A stretch of DNA of 64,000 nt from Escherichia coli O157:H7 (GTDB lineage: Bacteria > Pseudomonadota > Gammaproteobacteria > Enterobacterales > Enterobacteriaceae): assembly GCF_013167455.1 (NCBI RefSeq), contig NZ_CP038328.1, one strand, 5' to 3'. The notes below the pieces were generated by a model that saw only the letters and a list, made by a program, of their open reading frames with translations, made no database searches and was not told the origin of the DNA. Below, piece after piece: positions 41,771 through 51,259 of this stretch. How positions within the stretch are numbered: position 1 is the stretch's first letter; each line of letters begins with the position of its first letter. The position numbers were made by a program, and so were the translations under genes.

Positions 41771-42766
41771 TTAATCAAAATATTGCGTCTGGATAAATTC
41801 ACTGAGCTGCCGCAGGCCGGTGCGCGGTGAGAGCGTATTGTTTTTGACCGCTAAAAGCGTCTGGCGGTAATAGCGATCGAAATCTTCATTCGCGAACAGG
41901 TGATTCAGTACTTCTTCTTCGGTCTGCTTACGCAGCCATTCCACCGATTGTTGTTGCCGCACTTGTTGTAAACGACCACTGGCAGTTAGCGCGGTTTTGA
42001 AGTCGATGATGGCGTGCCAGATCTCATCGATTCCACGTTTTTCCAGTGCGCTACAAGTCAGAACCCGTGGCTGCCATTCGTCGTATTTACGTCGCAGAAT
42101 ATGCAGGGCACTCTCGTACATATGCCGGGCAATGGCGACATTGGTATGGTTATCGCCATCGTCTTTGTTGATAACGATCAGATCAGCCACTTCCATCAGC
42201 CCTTTTTTAATGCCCTGCAGATCATCGCCGCCACCGGCAATTTGCAACGAGATAAAACAGTCCACCATGCGGGCGACTTCTGTTTCCGACTGCCCGACGC
42301 CAACCGTTTCGACAATCACTACGTCATAACCCGCTGCTTCGCATAACAGCATTAATTCCCGCGCTCGCTGACTGGCACCGCCCAGATGACCGGAGGATGG
42401 TACCGGGCGAATAAACGCCGCTTCGGCACGCGCCAGGTCATTCATGCGGGTTTTATCCCCGAGAATGCTACCGCCAGTGACCGGGCTGCTGGGATCGACC
42501 GCAATAACCGCGACCTTTAATCCCTCTCGAATCAACAACATGCCAAAGGCCTCAAGAAAGGTACTTTTCCCCGCGCCGGGGGTGCCGGTAACGCCCAGTC
42601 GCAGGGTGTTACCGCAGTACGGCATAATGGCATCAAGCAGCTGCGTACTTAGTGCCTGATGACGCGGGTGACGGCTTTCCACCAGCGTCATGGCCTGGGC
42701 GAGTGTGGCATGCTCACCCTGACGTAAGCGGCGAATACTTTCTGCCAGCGTGGCTTCATTAATCAT
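41771..42766 (-). CDS. argK: MeaB-like G-protein chaperone of methylmalonyl-CoA mutase
   Basis: 331-aa ORF with the P-loop GTPGAGKST. Recognised as ArgK (YgfD). 8-nt overlap with the scpA end. Confidence 0.93.
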   Translation of the reverse strand: MINEATLAESIRRLRQGEHATLAQAMTLVESRHPRHQALSTQLLDAIMPYCGNTLRLGVTGTPGAGKSTFLEAFGMLLIREGLKVAVIAVDPSSPVTGGSILGDKTRMNDLARAEAAFIRPVPSSGHLGGASQRARELMLLCEAAGYDVVIVETVGVGQSETEVARMVDCFISLQIAGGGDDLQGIKKGLMEVADLIVINKDDGDNHTNVAIARHMYESALHILRRKYDEWQPRVLTCSALEKRGIDEIWHAIIDFKTALTASGRLQQVRQQQSVEWLRKQTEEEVLNHLFANEDFDRYYRQTLLAVKNNTLSPRTGLRQLSEFIQTQYFD

Positions 42767-44903
42767 GATGCTGGCTTATCAGATTCAGTACGTCGCGCAC
42801 ACTGTCGAGCATAGGTGTACCTGGACCATAAATCGCCGCCACGCCGCGCTCTTGCAGGAAGGCGTAATCCTGCGGTGGAATGACGCCACCGGCGACTACG
42901 CAGATATCTTCGCGTCCCCATTTTTTCAGCGCTTCGACCAGTTCCGGGATCAGCGTTTTATGACCGGCAGCCAGTGAGGATGCGCCCACTACGTGAACGT
43001 CATTTTCTACTGCCAGGCGGGCGATCTCTTCAGGTGTAGAGAACATCGGGCTTAAATCTACGTCGAAACCGAGATCGGAATAGGCGCTGGCGATCACTTT
43101 CGCGCCGCGATCGTGTCCATCCAGGCCCATTTTGGCGATCAGAATGCGCGGGCGACGACCATTGTCGGCAAGGAACTGCTCCGTTTGCGCAACAATGGCA
43201 TCGAACTCGGAGGCCGATTTCTCAGATTGATGATAGCTTTGCGCAATCACGCCGGTAACACACTGGCTTGGCACCAGATAACGGTCGAAAGCGGCTTCCA
43301 GCGCATCGGAAATTTCACCCAGGGTGGCGCGAACGCGAGCGGCATTAACAGCGGCAGCCAGCAGGTTTTCGTTATGCTGTGCGGCGTGAGTCAGGGCGTT
43401 CAACGCGGCGGTTACGGCGGCATCATCACGGGTGGCGCGAATGCGTTCCAGCGAAGCAATTTGCTCGTTACGCACCATCACGTTGTCGATCTCAAGTACA
43501 TCGGTTTCGTCTTCGTGATCCAGTTTGTACTTGTTGACACCAACGATGACACGCTTGCCCTGGTCGATCAGCGACTGTTCGCGCGCTGAGGCCTCTTCGA
43601 TCATTCGTTTTGGCAGACCTGCTTCGATCGCTTTCGCCATGCCACCGGCTTCGTCGATCTGTTGGATAATAGCTCTGGCTTGTTTGACGATTTGATCGGT
43701 CAGCGACTCAATGTAATAGGATCCGGCCAGTGGATCGACGGTGCGGCAGAGTTCTGATTCTTCCTGGATGATGATCTGGGTGTTGCGGGCAATGCGTGCT
43801 GAGAAATCGGTAGGCAAACCAAGCGCTTCGTCAAAGGCGTTGGTATGCAGTGACTGAGTACCGCCCAGCGTCGCAGCCAGCGCTTCAATGGTGGTGCGGA
43901 TAACGTTGTTATACGGATCCTGTTCAGTCAGGCTCCAGCCTGAGGTCTGGCAGTGGGTACGCAGCGCCAGTGATTTCGGGTCCTGTGCGCCAAATCCACT
44001 GACCGCTTCGCTCCATAAATAACGTGCCGCACGCAACATGGCGACGTTCATAAACAGATCCATGCCGATGCCGAAGAAGAACGACAGGCGAGGAGCGAAG
44101 TCATCAATTTTCAGTCCGGCAGAGATTGCTGCTTTGATGTACTCAATCCCATCAGCGAGCGTAAATGCTACCTGCTGCACGCAGTTGGCACCCGCTTCAC
44201 CCATGTGGTAACCGCTGATACTGATGGTATTAAATCGCGGCATGTTGCCGGAACACCAGGCGATGATGTCGGCGATAATGCGCATTGACGGTTTTGGCGG
44301 GTAAATATAGGTGTTGCGGCAGAGGTACTCTTTGAGAATATCGTTTTGAATGGTGCCGGTCAGTTTATCAGGTGTAACACCTTGCTCTTCCGCGGCGATG
44401 ATATAAAACGCCAGTACTGGTAGCACTGCGCCATTCATGGTCATCGAAACCGACATTTTATCCAGCGGGATCTGGTCGAACAGGACTTTCATATCTTCCA
44501 CGGTGTCGATAGCGACGCCCGTTTTGCCGACGTCACCCGCCACGCGTGGGTTATCGGAGTCGTAGCCACGGTGGGTGGCAAGGTCAAACGCAACGGAAAG
44601 ACCTTTTTGCCCGGCGGCCAGGTTACGGCGATAAAAAGCGTTGGACTCTTTTGCTGTTGAAAAACCAGCATACTGACGGATGGTCCACGGTTGGGCGGTA
44701 TACATAGTGGCACGCGGGCCACGAACGTAGGGCGGCAAACCAGGAAGGGTACCTGTCACCTCCAGATTATCGAGATCGGCTTCGGTATACAGCGGCTTGA
44801 TGGCGATCCCTTCCGCGGTTTGCTGAACCAGCGAGTCGACAGTTTTCTCCCGACGGCTCAATTCCTTGTTGGCAAGCTGTTGCCACTCCTGCTCGTTAGA
44901 CAT
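42759..44903 (-). CDS. scpA: B12-dependent methylmalonyl-CoA mutase
   Basis: Start trimmed to [15 protein letters not shown] (714 aa). Recognised as ScpA (Sbm). Confidence 0.95.
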   Translation of the reverse strand: MSNEQEWQQLANKELSRREKTVDSLVQQTAEGIAIKPLYTEADLDNLEVTGTLPGLPPYVRGPRATMYTAQPWTIRQYAGFSTAKESNAFYRRNLAAGQKGLSVAFDLATHRGYDSDNPRVAGDVGKTGVAIDTVEDMKVLFDQIPLDKMSVSMTMNGAVLPVLAFYIIAAEEQGVTPDKLTGTIQNDILKEYLCRNTYIYPPKPSMRIIADIIAWCSGNMPRFNTISISGYHMGEAGANCVQQVAFTLADGIEYIKAAISAGLKIDDFAPRLSFFFGIGMDLFMNVAMLRAARYLWSEAVSGFGAQDPKSLALRTHCQTSGWSLTEQDPYNNVIRTTIEALAATLGGTQSLHTNAFDEALGLPTDFSARIARNTQIIIQEESELCRTVDPLAGSYYIESLTDQIVKQARAIIQQIDEAGGMAKAIEAGLPKRMIEEASAREQSLIDQGKRVIVGVNKYKLDHEDETDVLEIDNVMVRNEQIASLERIRATRDDAAVTAALNALTHAAQHNENLLAAAVNAARVRATLGEISDALEAAFDRYLVPSQCVTGVIAQSYHQSEKSASEFDAIVAQTEQFLADNGRRPRILIAKMGLDGHDRGAKVIASAYSDLGFDVDLSPMFSTPEEIARLAVENDVHVVGASSLAAGHKTLIPELVEALKKWGREDICVVAGGVIPPQDYAFLQERGVAAIYGPGTPMLDSVRDVLNLISQHHD

Positions 44904-45106
44904 TATTTGCTCCGTAAAACGCAATCAAAATGAGGGTATTTGCGCTTACGGTGAGCTTTTTACGTGGGTTTGTCGCCAGCAAAAAAAATGCATTCAGACG
45001 TCGTTTTTTGCCGCCTGAGATTTGTCTATTTTGTGATGTGATTCAAGGAATACAAAAAGAAGTGAGGATAACGCCTGATATGTGCTATCAGGCATTATTT
45101 GATGGA

Positions 45107-46000
45107 TTAATCCTGACGAAGGACTTTGTGACCATAATCGAGCAACGCATCAGTGACTTTACGCATCATGCGGCTTTCAGGAGCAAAGCGGTGCCAGTAG
45201 AGCATCCGGCGTTGAAATAGCCCTGGCGTTAAGTCAATCAGTTCACCGCTGGCTAGTTCTTTCTCGATTTGCAGGTGCGGGATCATACAGCAGGTGGTGC
45301 CCTGGCGAGCAAGTTGCACGAACGCTTCTGAAGAATTAACGATATGGCAGGGCACGCTGCCTGGAGGCAGATCGAAGTTTTGCTGCAAAAAGGCCTGGTG
45401 CATATCGTCAAGATGGTCAAACGCGACCACTGGCGCTTTCAGTAATGCCGAACGCGTTACGCCGTTAGGGAAATATTTTTCGGCAAAGGGTTTTGAGCTG
45501 ACGAACAGATAGTCGAGCGCACCAAGTTTATCGACAAGACAACTCGGCAGCGCCTGATGTTGAATACTCACCGCGCCGACCACTTCGCCGCGACGCAGAC
45601 GTTCCTGAGTGCGGGTTTCATCTTCTACCTGCAAGTTGAGGCGGATAGGCGAATCAGCCAATACAGGAGCCAGTGCCGGAAGCAACCACGTCGCCAGACT
45701 GTCGGCATTGACCGCCAGTGAAAGCAGCAGCGGAGTCGAACCGGTTTGTTCATCGCCCAGCCACTCTTCTTCCAGCAACTCCACCTGGCGCAGCAGTGCC
45801 AGCAGTTTTTGCCCTTGTTCCGTCGGGCGCGGCGGTACGGTACGCACCAACAGCGGCTGCCCGAACATATTTTCCAGTTGCTTAATGCGCTGTGAGACGG
45901 CTGATTGTGTAATGCACAGCTTTTGTGCCGCGCGCTCAAATCCTCGTTCACGTATCACCGCATCCAGTGCCTGTAATGTTCTGTAGTCCGGGCGTTTCAT
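45107..46000 (-). CDS. argP: LysR-family regulator ArgP (IciA)
   Basis: Start trimmed to [21 protein letters not shown] (297 aa). Recognised as ArgP. Confidence 0.95.
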
Positions 46001-46382
46001 TGCTGTTGTCTGCTCCTGGTAAATGCTTTTTCCTGCACTATGACACAATTTTGTGTCAGGTTGCATATACCGCAGCCGTCGGCGGGTAACATTTGTATCA
46101 ATGGTTAAACGCGCAGCTTAAAAGATCAGGGATTTGCGCTATTGCATTTCGCTTAGCAACTTCGCGCCCTGGTTATGTTGAATGGCGTGGCGTTATTGCC
46201 TCTGTTCGCACCGTGGAGCGGCATACCCAGACCGTTGTATGCTTTATTTGCGGGGCGAAAGGGGATGCCCGCCATTGCGCGATATTTTATGGATGAGTTA
46301 ACCACGCGGCTTGCCAACGGGGTCTGAATCGCTTTTTTTGTATATAATGCGTGTGAAATTTCATACCACAGGCGAAACGATC

Positions 46383-47042
46383 ATGACGCAGGATGAATTG
46401 AAAAAAGCAGTAGGATGGGCGGCACTTCAGTATGTTCAGCCCGGCACCATTGTTGGTGTAGGTACAGGTTCCACCGCCGCACACTTTATTGACGCGCTCG
46501 GTACAATGAAAGGCCAGATTGAAGGGGCCGTTTCCAGTTCAGATGCTTCCACTGAAAAACTGAAAAGCCTCGGCATTCACGTTTTTGATCTCAACGAAGT
46601 CGACAGCCTTGGCATCTACGTTGATGGCGCAGATGAAATCAACGGCCACATGCAAATGATCAAAGGCGGCGGCGCGGCGCTGACCCGTGAAAAAATCATT
46701 GCTTCGGTTGCAGAAAAATTTATCTGTATTGCAGACGCTTCCAAGCAGGTTGATATTCTGGGTAAATTCCCGCTGCCAGTAGAAGTTATCCCGATGGCAC
46801 GTAGTGCAGTGGCGCGCCAGCTGGTGAAACTGGGCGGTCGTCCGGAATACCGTCAGGGCGTAGTGACCGATAACGGCAACGTGATCCTCGACGTCCACGG
46901 CATGGAAATCCTTGACCCGATAGCGATGGAAAACGCCATAAATGCGATTCCTGGCGTGGTGACTGTTGGCTTGTTTGCTAACCGTGGCGCGGACGTTGCG
47001 CTGATTGGCACACCTGACGGTGTCAAAACCATTGTGAAATGA
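46383..47042 (+). CDS. rpiA: ribose-5-phosphate isomerase A
   Basis: Start trimmed to [18 protein letters not shown] (219 aa). Recognised as RpiA. Confidence 0.97.
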
Positions 47043-47296
47043 TCTGACGGGGGAACCTCCCCCGTTAAAAAAATTCTCTTCATTAAATTTGGTGACATGT
47101 GTCACGTTTTTACCTGGATATTGTCGATTGCTCTAAATAAATCCTCTAAACCAGCATATTCAACCAAGAAATACCTTTGCGTGATATTTCCTCAACATCG
47201 CGACGCAAACGTTCATATTGCCGCAATATTATTTTTTGATATGTTGAAAGGCGGATGCAAATCCGCACACAACATTTCAAAGACAGGATTGGGTAA

Positions 47297-48529
47297 ATGG
47301 CAAAGGTATCGCTGGAGAAAGACAAGATTAAGTTTCTGCTGGTAGAAGGCGTGCACCAAAAGGCGCTGGAAAGCCTTCGTGCAGCTGGTTACACCAACAT
47401 CGAATTTCACAAAGGCGCGCTGGATGATGAACAATTAAAAGAATCCATCCGCGATGCCCACTTCATCGGCCTGCGATCCCGTACCCATCTGACTGAAGAC
47501 GTGATCAACGCCGCAGAAAAGCTGGTCGCTATTGGCTGTTTCTGTATAGGAACAAACCAGGTTGATCTGGATGCGGCGGCAAAGCGCGGGATCCCGGTAT
47601 TTAACGCACCGTTCTCAAATACGCGCTCTGTTGCGGAGCTGGTGATTGGCGAACTGCTGCTGCTATTGCGCGGCGTGCCGGAAGCCAATGCTAAAGCGCA
47701 CCGTGGCGTGTGGAACAAACTGGCGGCGGGTTCTTTTGAAGCGCGCGGCAAAAAGCTGGGTATCATCGGCTACGGTCATATTGGTACGCAATTGGGCATT
47801 CTGGCTGAATCGCTGGGAATGTATGTTTACTTTTATGATATTGAAAACAAACTGCCGCTGGGCAACGCCACTCAGGTACAGCATCTTTCTGACCTGCTGA
47901 ATATGAGCGATGTGGTGAGTCTGCATGTACCAGAGAATCCGTCCACCAAAAATATGATGGGCGCGAAAGAGATTTCGCTAATGAAGCCCGGCTCGCTGCT
48001 GATTAATGCCTCGCGCGGTACTGTGGTGGATATTCCGGCGCTGTGTGATGCGCTGGCGAGCAAACATCTGGCGGGGGCGGCAATCGACGTATTCCCGACG
48101 GAACCGGCGACCAATAGCGATCCATTTACCTCTCCACTGTGTGAATTCGACAACGTCCTTCTGACGCCACACATTGGCGGTTCGACTCAGGAAGCGCAGG
48201 AGAATATCGGCCTGGAAGTTGCGGGTAAATTGATCAAGTATTCTGACAATGGCTCAACGCTCTCTGCGGTGAACTTCCCGGAAGTCTCGCTGCCACTGCA
48301 TGGTGGTCGTCGTCTGATGCACATCCACGAAAACCGTCCGGGCGTGCTAACTGCGCTGAACAAAATCTTCGCCGAGCAGGGCGTCAACATCGCCGCGCAA
48401 TATCTACAAACTTCCGCCCAGATGGGTTATGTAGTTATTGATATTGAAGCTGACGAAGACGTTGCCGAAAAAGCGCTGCAGGCAATGAAAGCTATTCCGG
48501 GTACCATTCGCGCCCGTCTGCTGTACTAA
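47297..48529 (+). CDS. serA: D-3-phosphoglycerate dehydrogenase
   Basis: 410-aa ORF (MAKVSLEKDKIKFLLVEGVHQ...) recognised as SerA. Confidence 0.98.
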   Translation: MAKVSLEKDKIKFLLVEGVHQKALESLRAAGYTNIEFHKGALDDEQLKESIRDAHFIGLRSRTHLTEDVINAAEKLVAIGCFCIGTNQVDLDAAAKRGIPVFNAPFSNTRSVAELVIGELLLLLRGVPEANAKAHRGVWNKLAAGSFEARGKKLGIIGYGHIGTQLGILAESLGMYVYFYDIENKLPLGNATQVQHLSDLLNMSDVVSLHVPENPSTKNMMGAKEISLMKPGSLLINASRGTVVDIPALCDALASKHLAGAAIDVFPTEPATNSDPFTSPLCEFDNVLLTPHIGGSTQEAQENIGLEVAGKLIKYSDNGSTLSAVNFPEVSLPLHGGRRLMHIHENRPGVLTALNKIFAEQGVNIAAQYLQTSAQMGYVVIDIEADEDVAEKALQAMKAIPGTIRARLLY

Positions 48530-48549
48530 TTCCCCTTCTCTGAAAATTA

Positions 48550-48581
48550 ACGGGCAGGTCACTGACTTGCCCGTTTTTTTA
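48550..48581 (+). terminator. intrinsic terminator after serA
   Basis: ACGGGCA..TGCCCGT stem followed by TTTTTTT. Confidence 0.85.
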
Positions 48582-48712
48582 TCCCTTCTCCACACCGTTG
48601 CCGCGTTGCGCATTCTACTTTGCGAGTCTGCTCCAGAAAATAAATCAAAGTCAGATCAATGCGTTGTGTTTATTTAATGGGGATTTACGATGGCGGGACA
48701 GCATGGGGCTGT

Positions 48713-48857
48713 AACGGTGAAGCCCTCACCGAAGCGAGGGCTTAAAGGAGAAGGGTTATGATGCGACTTGTCATCATACTGATTGTACTGTTACTGATAA
48801 GTTTCGGAGCTTATTAACAGTCAGTCTCAGGGGAGGAGTCATCCTCCCTTACCCTTA
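48713..48857 (-). ncRNA. sibC: SibC-like antisense antitoxin RNA, copy 1 (ends approximate)
   Basis: Minus-strand promoter TTGACA (48892-48887), 17-nt spacer, TAATTT (48869-48864). The transcript would be fully antisense to ibs and end after the hairpin GCCCTC-gcttcggt-GAGGGC. The predicted ~145 nt fits the published ~140-nt Sib RNAs. Confidence 0.6.
48758..48817 (+). CDS. ibsC: type I toxin IbsC-like peptide, copy 1
   Basis: 19-codon ORF MMRLVIILIVLLLISFGAY, translated by hand, with SD AAGGAG 8 nt upstream. It differs from K-12 IbsC (..ISFSAY, from memory) at one residue. Confidence 0.8.
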   Translation: MMRLVIILIVLLLISFGAY

Positions 48858-49105
48858 CTCACTAAATTAGGTCAAAGAATCAACGATGTCAATCAGGGCG
48901 ATGCGGGGTGCATCGCCCTGAACCGAACTTTTTGATAGCCACTTCATCGCCCACGTTTACTGCCGTAATTAATCCCTTATTCCTGCAATGTATGTCTGCC
49001 TTACATGACGTTTTACGAGTGCGCTCGAAGAAAAGATTTAAAGGTAGATCAATGCGTTGTGGTTATTTAAAGAGAGTTTACGATGGCAGGGCAGCATGGG
49101 GCTGT

Positions 49106-49250
49106 AACGGTAAAGCCCTCACCGAAGCGAGGGCTTGAAGGAGAAGGGTTATGATGCGACTTGTCATCATACTGATTGTACTGTTACTGATAAGTTTGCC
49201 AGCTTATTAACAGTCAGTCTCAGGGGAGGAGTCATCCTCCCTTACCCTTA
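49106..49250 (-). ncRNA. SibC-like antisense antitoxin RNA, copy 2 (ends approximate)
   Basis: Same promoter (TTGACA at 49285-49280) and terminator hairpin as copy 1, shifted by 393 bp. Confidence 0.6.
49151..49210 (+). CDS. type I toxin Ibs peptide, copy 2
   Basis: 19-codon ORF MMRLVIILIVLLLISLPAY with the same SD as copy 1. It differs from copy 1 only in the codons for residues 16-17. Confidence 0.8.
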   Translation: MMRLVIILIVLLLISLPAY

Positions 49251-49310
49251 CTCACTAAATTAGGTTAAAGAATCAACGATGTCAATCAGGGCGATGCAGG
49301 TGTATCGCCC

Positions 49311-49859
49311 TTACCACTCCCAGACTTTCGACGGTGTAACCACCGCAGGAAGAGGGATATCCCACTCTTCAACGGGGAGTTTTTCCACCAACTGACAATC
49401 ATGCGCATAACCCACCGGTTGCGTTTTATAGTGCTGCCAGTTTTGTAAGGTCCGATCATAAAAACCACCGCCCATTCCCAGGCGCTGACCGTACTCATCA
49501 AAGGCGACCAGCGGTGTGATCAGCACGTCTAATCGGGAAAGGGGGAGCACGTCACGCACATCCAGTTTTGGCTCATGGATTTTCAACCTGTTCATCACCA
49601 GTTCGCTTTGCGGATGGTAATTCAGGAACAGCAAATTACCGGCACTAAAGGGATGCAAAACTGGAAGATATACGCGCTTACCGGCGCGCCAGAGTTGTTC
49701 TATAAGCGGCTGGGTGTCGAGTTCACCATCAAAAGAGAGGAATACAGCGACCGTATGCGCCATCACCACCGGGGGATAAGTCATCATCCGGGTAGCGGCT
49801 TGTTGACCCATTTCCTGCTGTTGTTCCGGCGTTAACGCACGACGACGTTGCCGAATCAT
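49311..49859 (-). CDS. ygfA: 5-formyltetrahydrofolate cyclo-ligase
   Basis: Recognised as YgfA (Fau). The start is set at MIRQRRRALTPEQ (182 aa, the K-12 length). An upstream ATG at 49913 (MTQLPELPL, 200 aa) is also possible. The ORF-track extension beyond that runs into ssrS. Confidence 0.88.
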   Translation of the reverse strand: MIRQRRRALTPEQQQEMGQQAATRMMTYPPVVMAHTVAVFLSFDGELDTQPLIEQLWRAGKRVYLPVLHPFSAGNLLFLNYHPQSELVMNRLKIHEPKLDVRDVLPLSRLDVLITPLVAFDEYGQRLGMGGGFYDRTLQNWQHYKTQPVGYAHDCQLVEKLPVEEWDIPLPAVVTPSKVWEW

Positions 49860-49932
49860 TTTGCGGATTTCTTGTCGGGATAATGTCAGTGGGAGTTCTG
49901 GTAGTTGCGTCATGGCTGGTGCCAGATAAGAA

Positions 49933-50117
49933 GGGAATCTCCGAGATGCCGCCGCAGGCTGTAACCCTTGAACCCTTGGTTCAAGGTGAATGTGTCGTCG
50001 CAGTTTTAAGGCTTCTCGGACGGACCGAGCATGCTCACCAACCGCGGAGCGCCACATTCTTGTGGTATGAAATATCGGCTCAGGGGACTGGCCCGCTTGC
50101 GAACATCTCAGAGAAAT
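49933..50117 (-). ncRNA. ssrS: 6S RNA
   Basis: The minus strand reads AUUUCUCUGAGAUGUUCGCAAGCGGGCCAGUCCCCUGAGCCGAUAUUUCAUACCACAAGAAUGUGGCGCUCCGCGG...GGCAUCUCGGAGAUUCCC, matching E. coli 6S RNA as I remember it. Ends are accurate to within 1-2 nt. Confidence 0.95.
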
Positions 50118-50158
50118 TTTGTCTTCACGGTTACTCTACCACAGTAAACCGAAAAGTG

Positions 50159-50554
<396 letters not shown>

Positions 50555-50655
50555 CTATAGCTACCCTGATGAGAAGAGACAAGCCCTTTTCTGGTCCACC
50601 AGGGCCCAAAGTGGTAGCATATCATGAATATTCCTCCCTTTGACGACGAATGCTT

Positions 50656-51234
50656 ATGTCTATACAGAACGAAATGCCTGGTTACAACGAAATGAACCAG
50701 TATCTGAACCAACAAGGGACGGGTCTGACCCCTGCTGAGATGCATGGTTTAATCAGTGGGATGATATGTGGCGGTAACGATGACAGCTCATGGCTACCGC
50801 TACTTCACGACCTGACGAACGAAGGCATGGCTTTCGGTCATGAGCTGGCACAGGCATTGCGTAAAATGCACTCTGCCACCAGCGATGCCCTGCAGGATGA
50901 CGGCTTCCTTTTTCAGCTTTATCTGCCTGATGGCGATGATGTCAGCGTTTTCGATCGGGCTGATGCATTGGCAGGTTGGGTCAATCACTTCCTGCTTGGT
51001 CTTGGTGTTACGCAACCGAAGCTGGATAAAGTGACCGGCGAAACCGGTGAAGCTATCGACGATCTGCGTAACATTGCGCAACTGGGTTACGACGAAGACG
51101 AAGATCAGGAAGAGCTTGAAATGTCGCTTGAAGAGATCATCGAATACGTTCGTGTTGCCGCGCTGTTATGCCACGACACCTTTACTCATCCGCAACCGAC
51201 CGCGCCAGAAGTACAAAAACCGACTCTACACTAA
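50656..51234 (+). CDS. ygfB: YgfB (UPF0149)
   Basis: Start at [13 protein letters not shown] (192 aa). An ATG two codons upstream at 50650 is an alternative. Recognised as YgfB. Confidence 0.9.
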
Positions 51235-51259
51235 AAACAAAAAACGTAAGGAGAGTGTT

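Larger units (their letters stand above)
48653..48920. repeat. QUAD/Sib repeat unit, copy 1
   Basis: About 268 bp, nearly identical to 49046-49311 (offset 393 bp). It contains the ibs ORF, the antisense promoter and the terminal hairpin AGGGCGATGC..CATCGCCCT. Confidence 0.9.
49046..49311. repeat. QUAD/Sib repeat unit, copy 2
   Basis: Second copy of the unit, abutting the ygfA stop codon. Confidence 0.9.

Noticed and set aside
46093-46296. A 67-aa ORF in the argP-rpiA spacer, at the position of the K-12 yqfE pseudogene.
   Set aside because: It has a TTG start, no SD and no motif. I cannot support it as a gene from the sequence alone. It may be the yqfE remnant, but I do not remember that sequence.
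48908-49138. A 76-aa ORF spanning the spacer between the two Sib units.
   Set aside because: There is no RBS. It runs from the terminal hairpin of unit 1 through the ibs promoter and Sib terminator of unit 2, and it is better explained by the repeat structure.
49914-50057. The 5' extension of the ygfA ORF to 248 aa.
   Set aside because: The extension runs through the 6S RNA gene (49933-50117). The real start must lie downstream of ssrS, at 49913 or 49859.
51047-51259. The 5' extension of the pepP ORF (512 aa) overlapping ygfB, and analogous extensions of loiP, ruvX, yqgE, pgk, fbaA, epd, argP, rpiA, sprT and tktA.
   Set aside because: Internal starts reproduce the K-12 protein lengths exactly, several are preceded by SD sequences, and they remove implausible overlaps with neighbouring genes or promoters.
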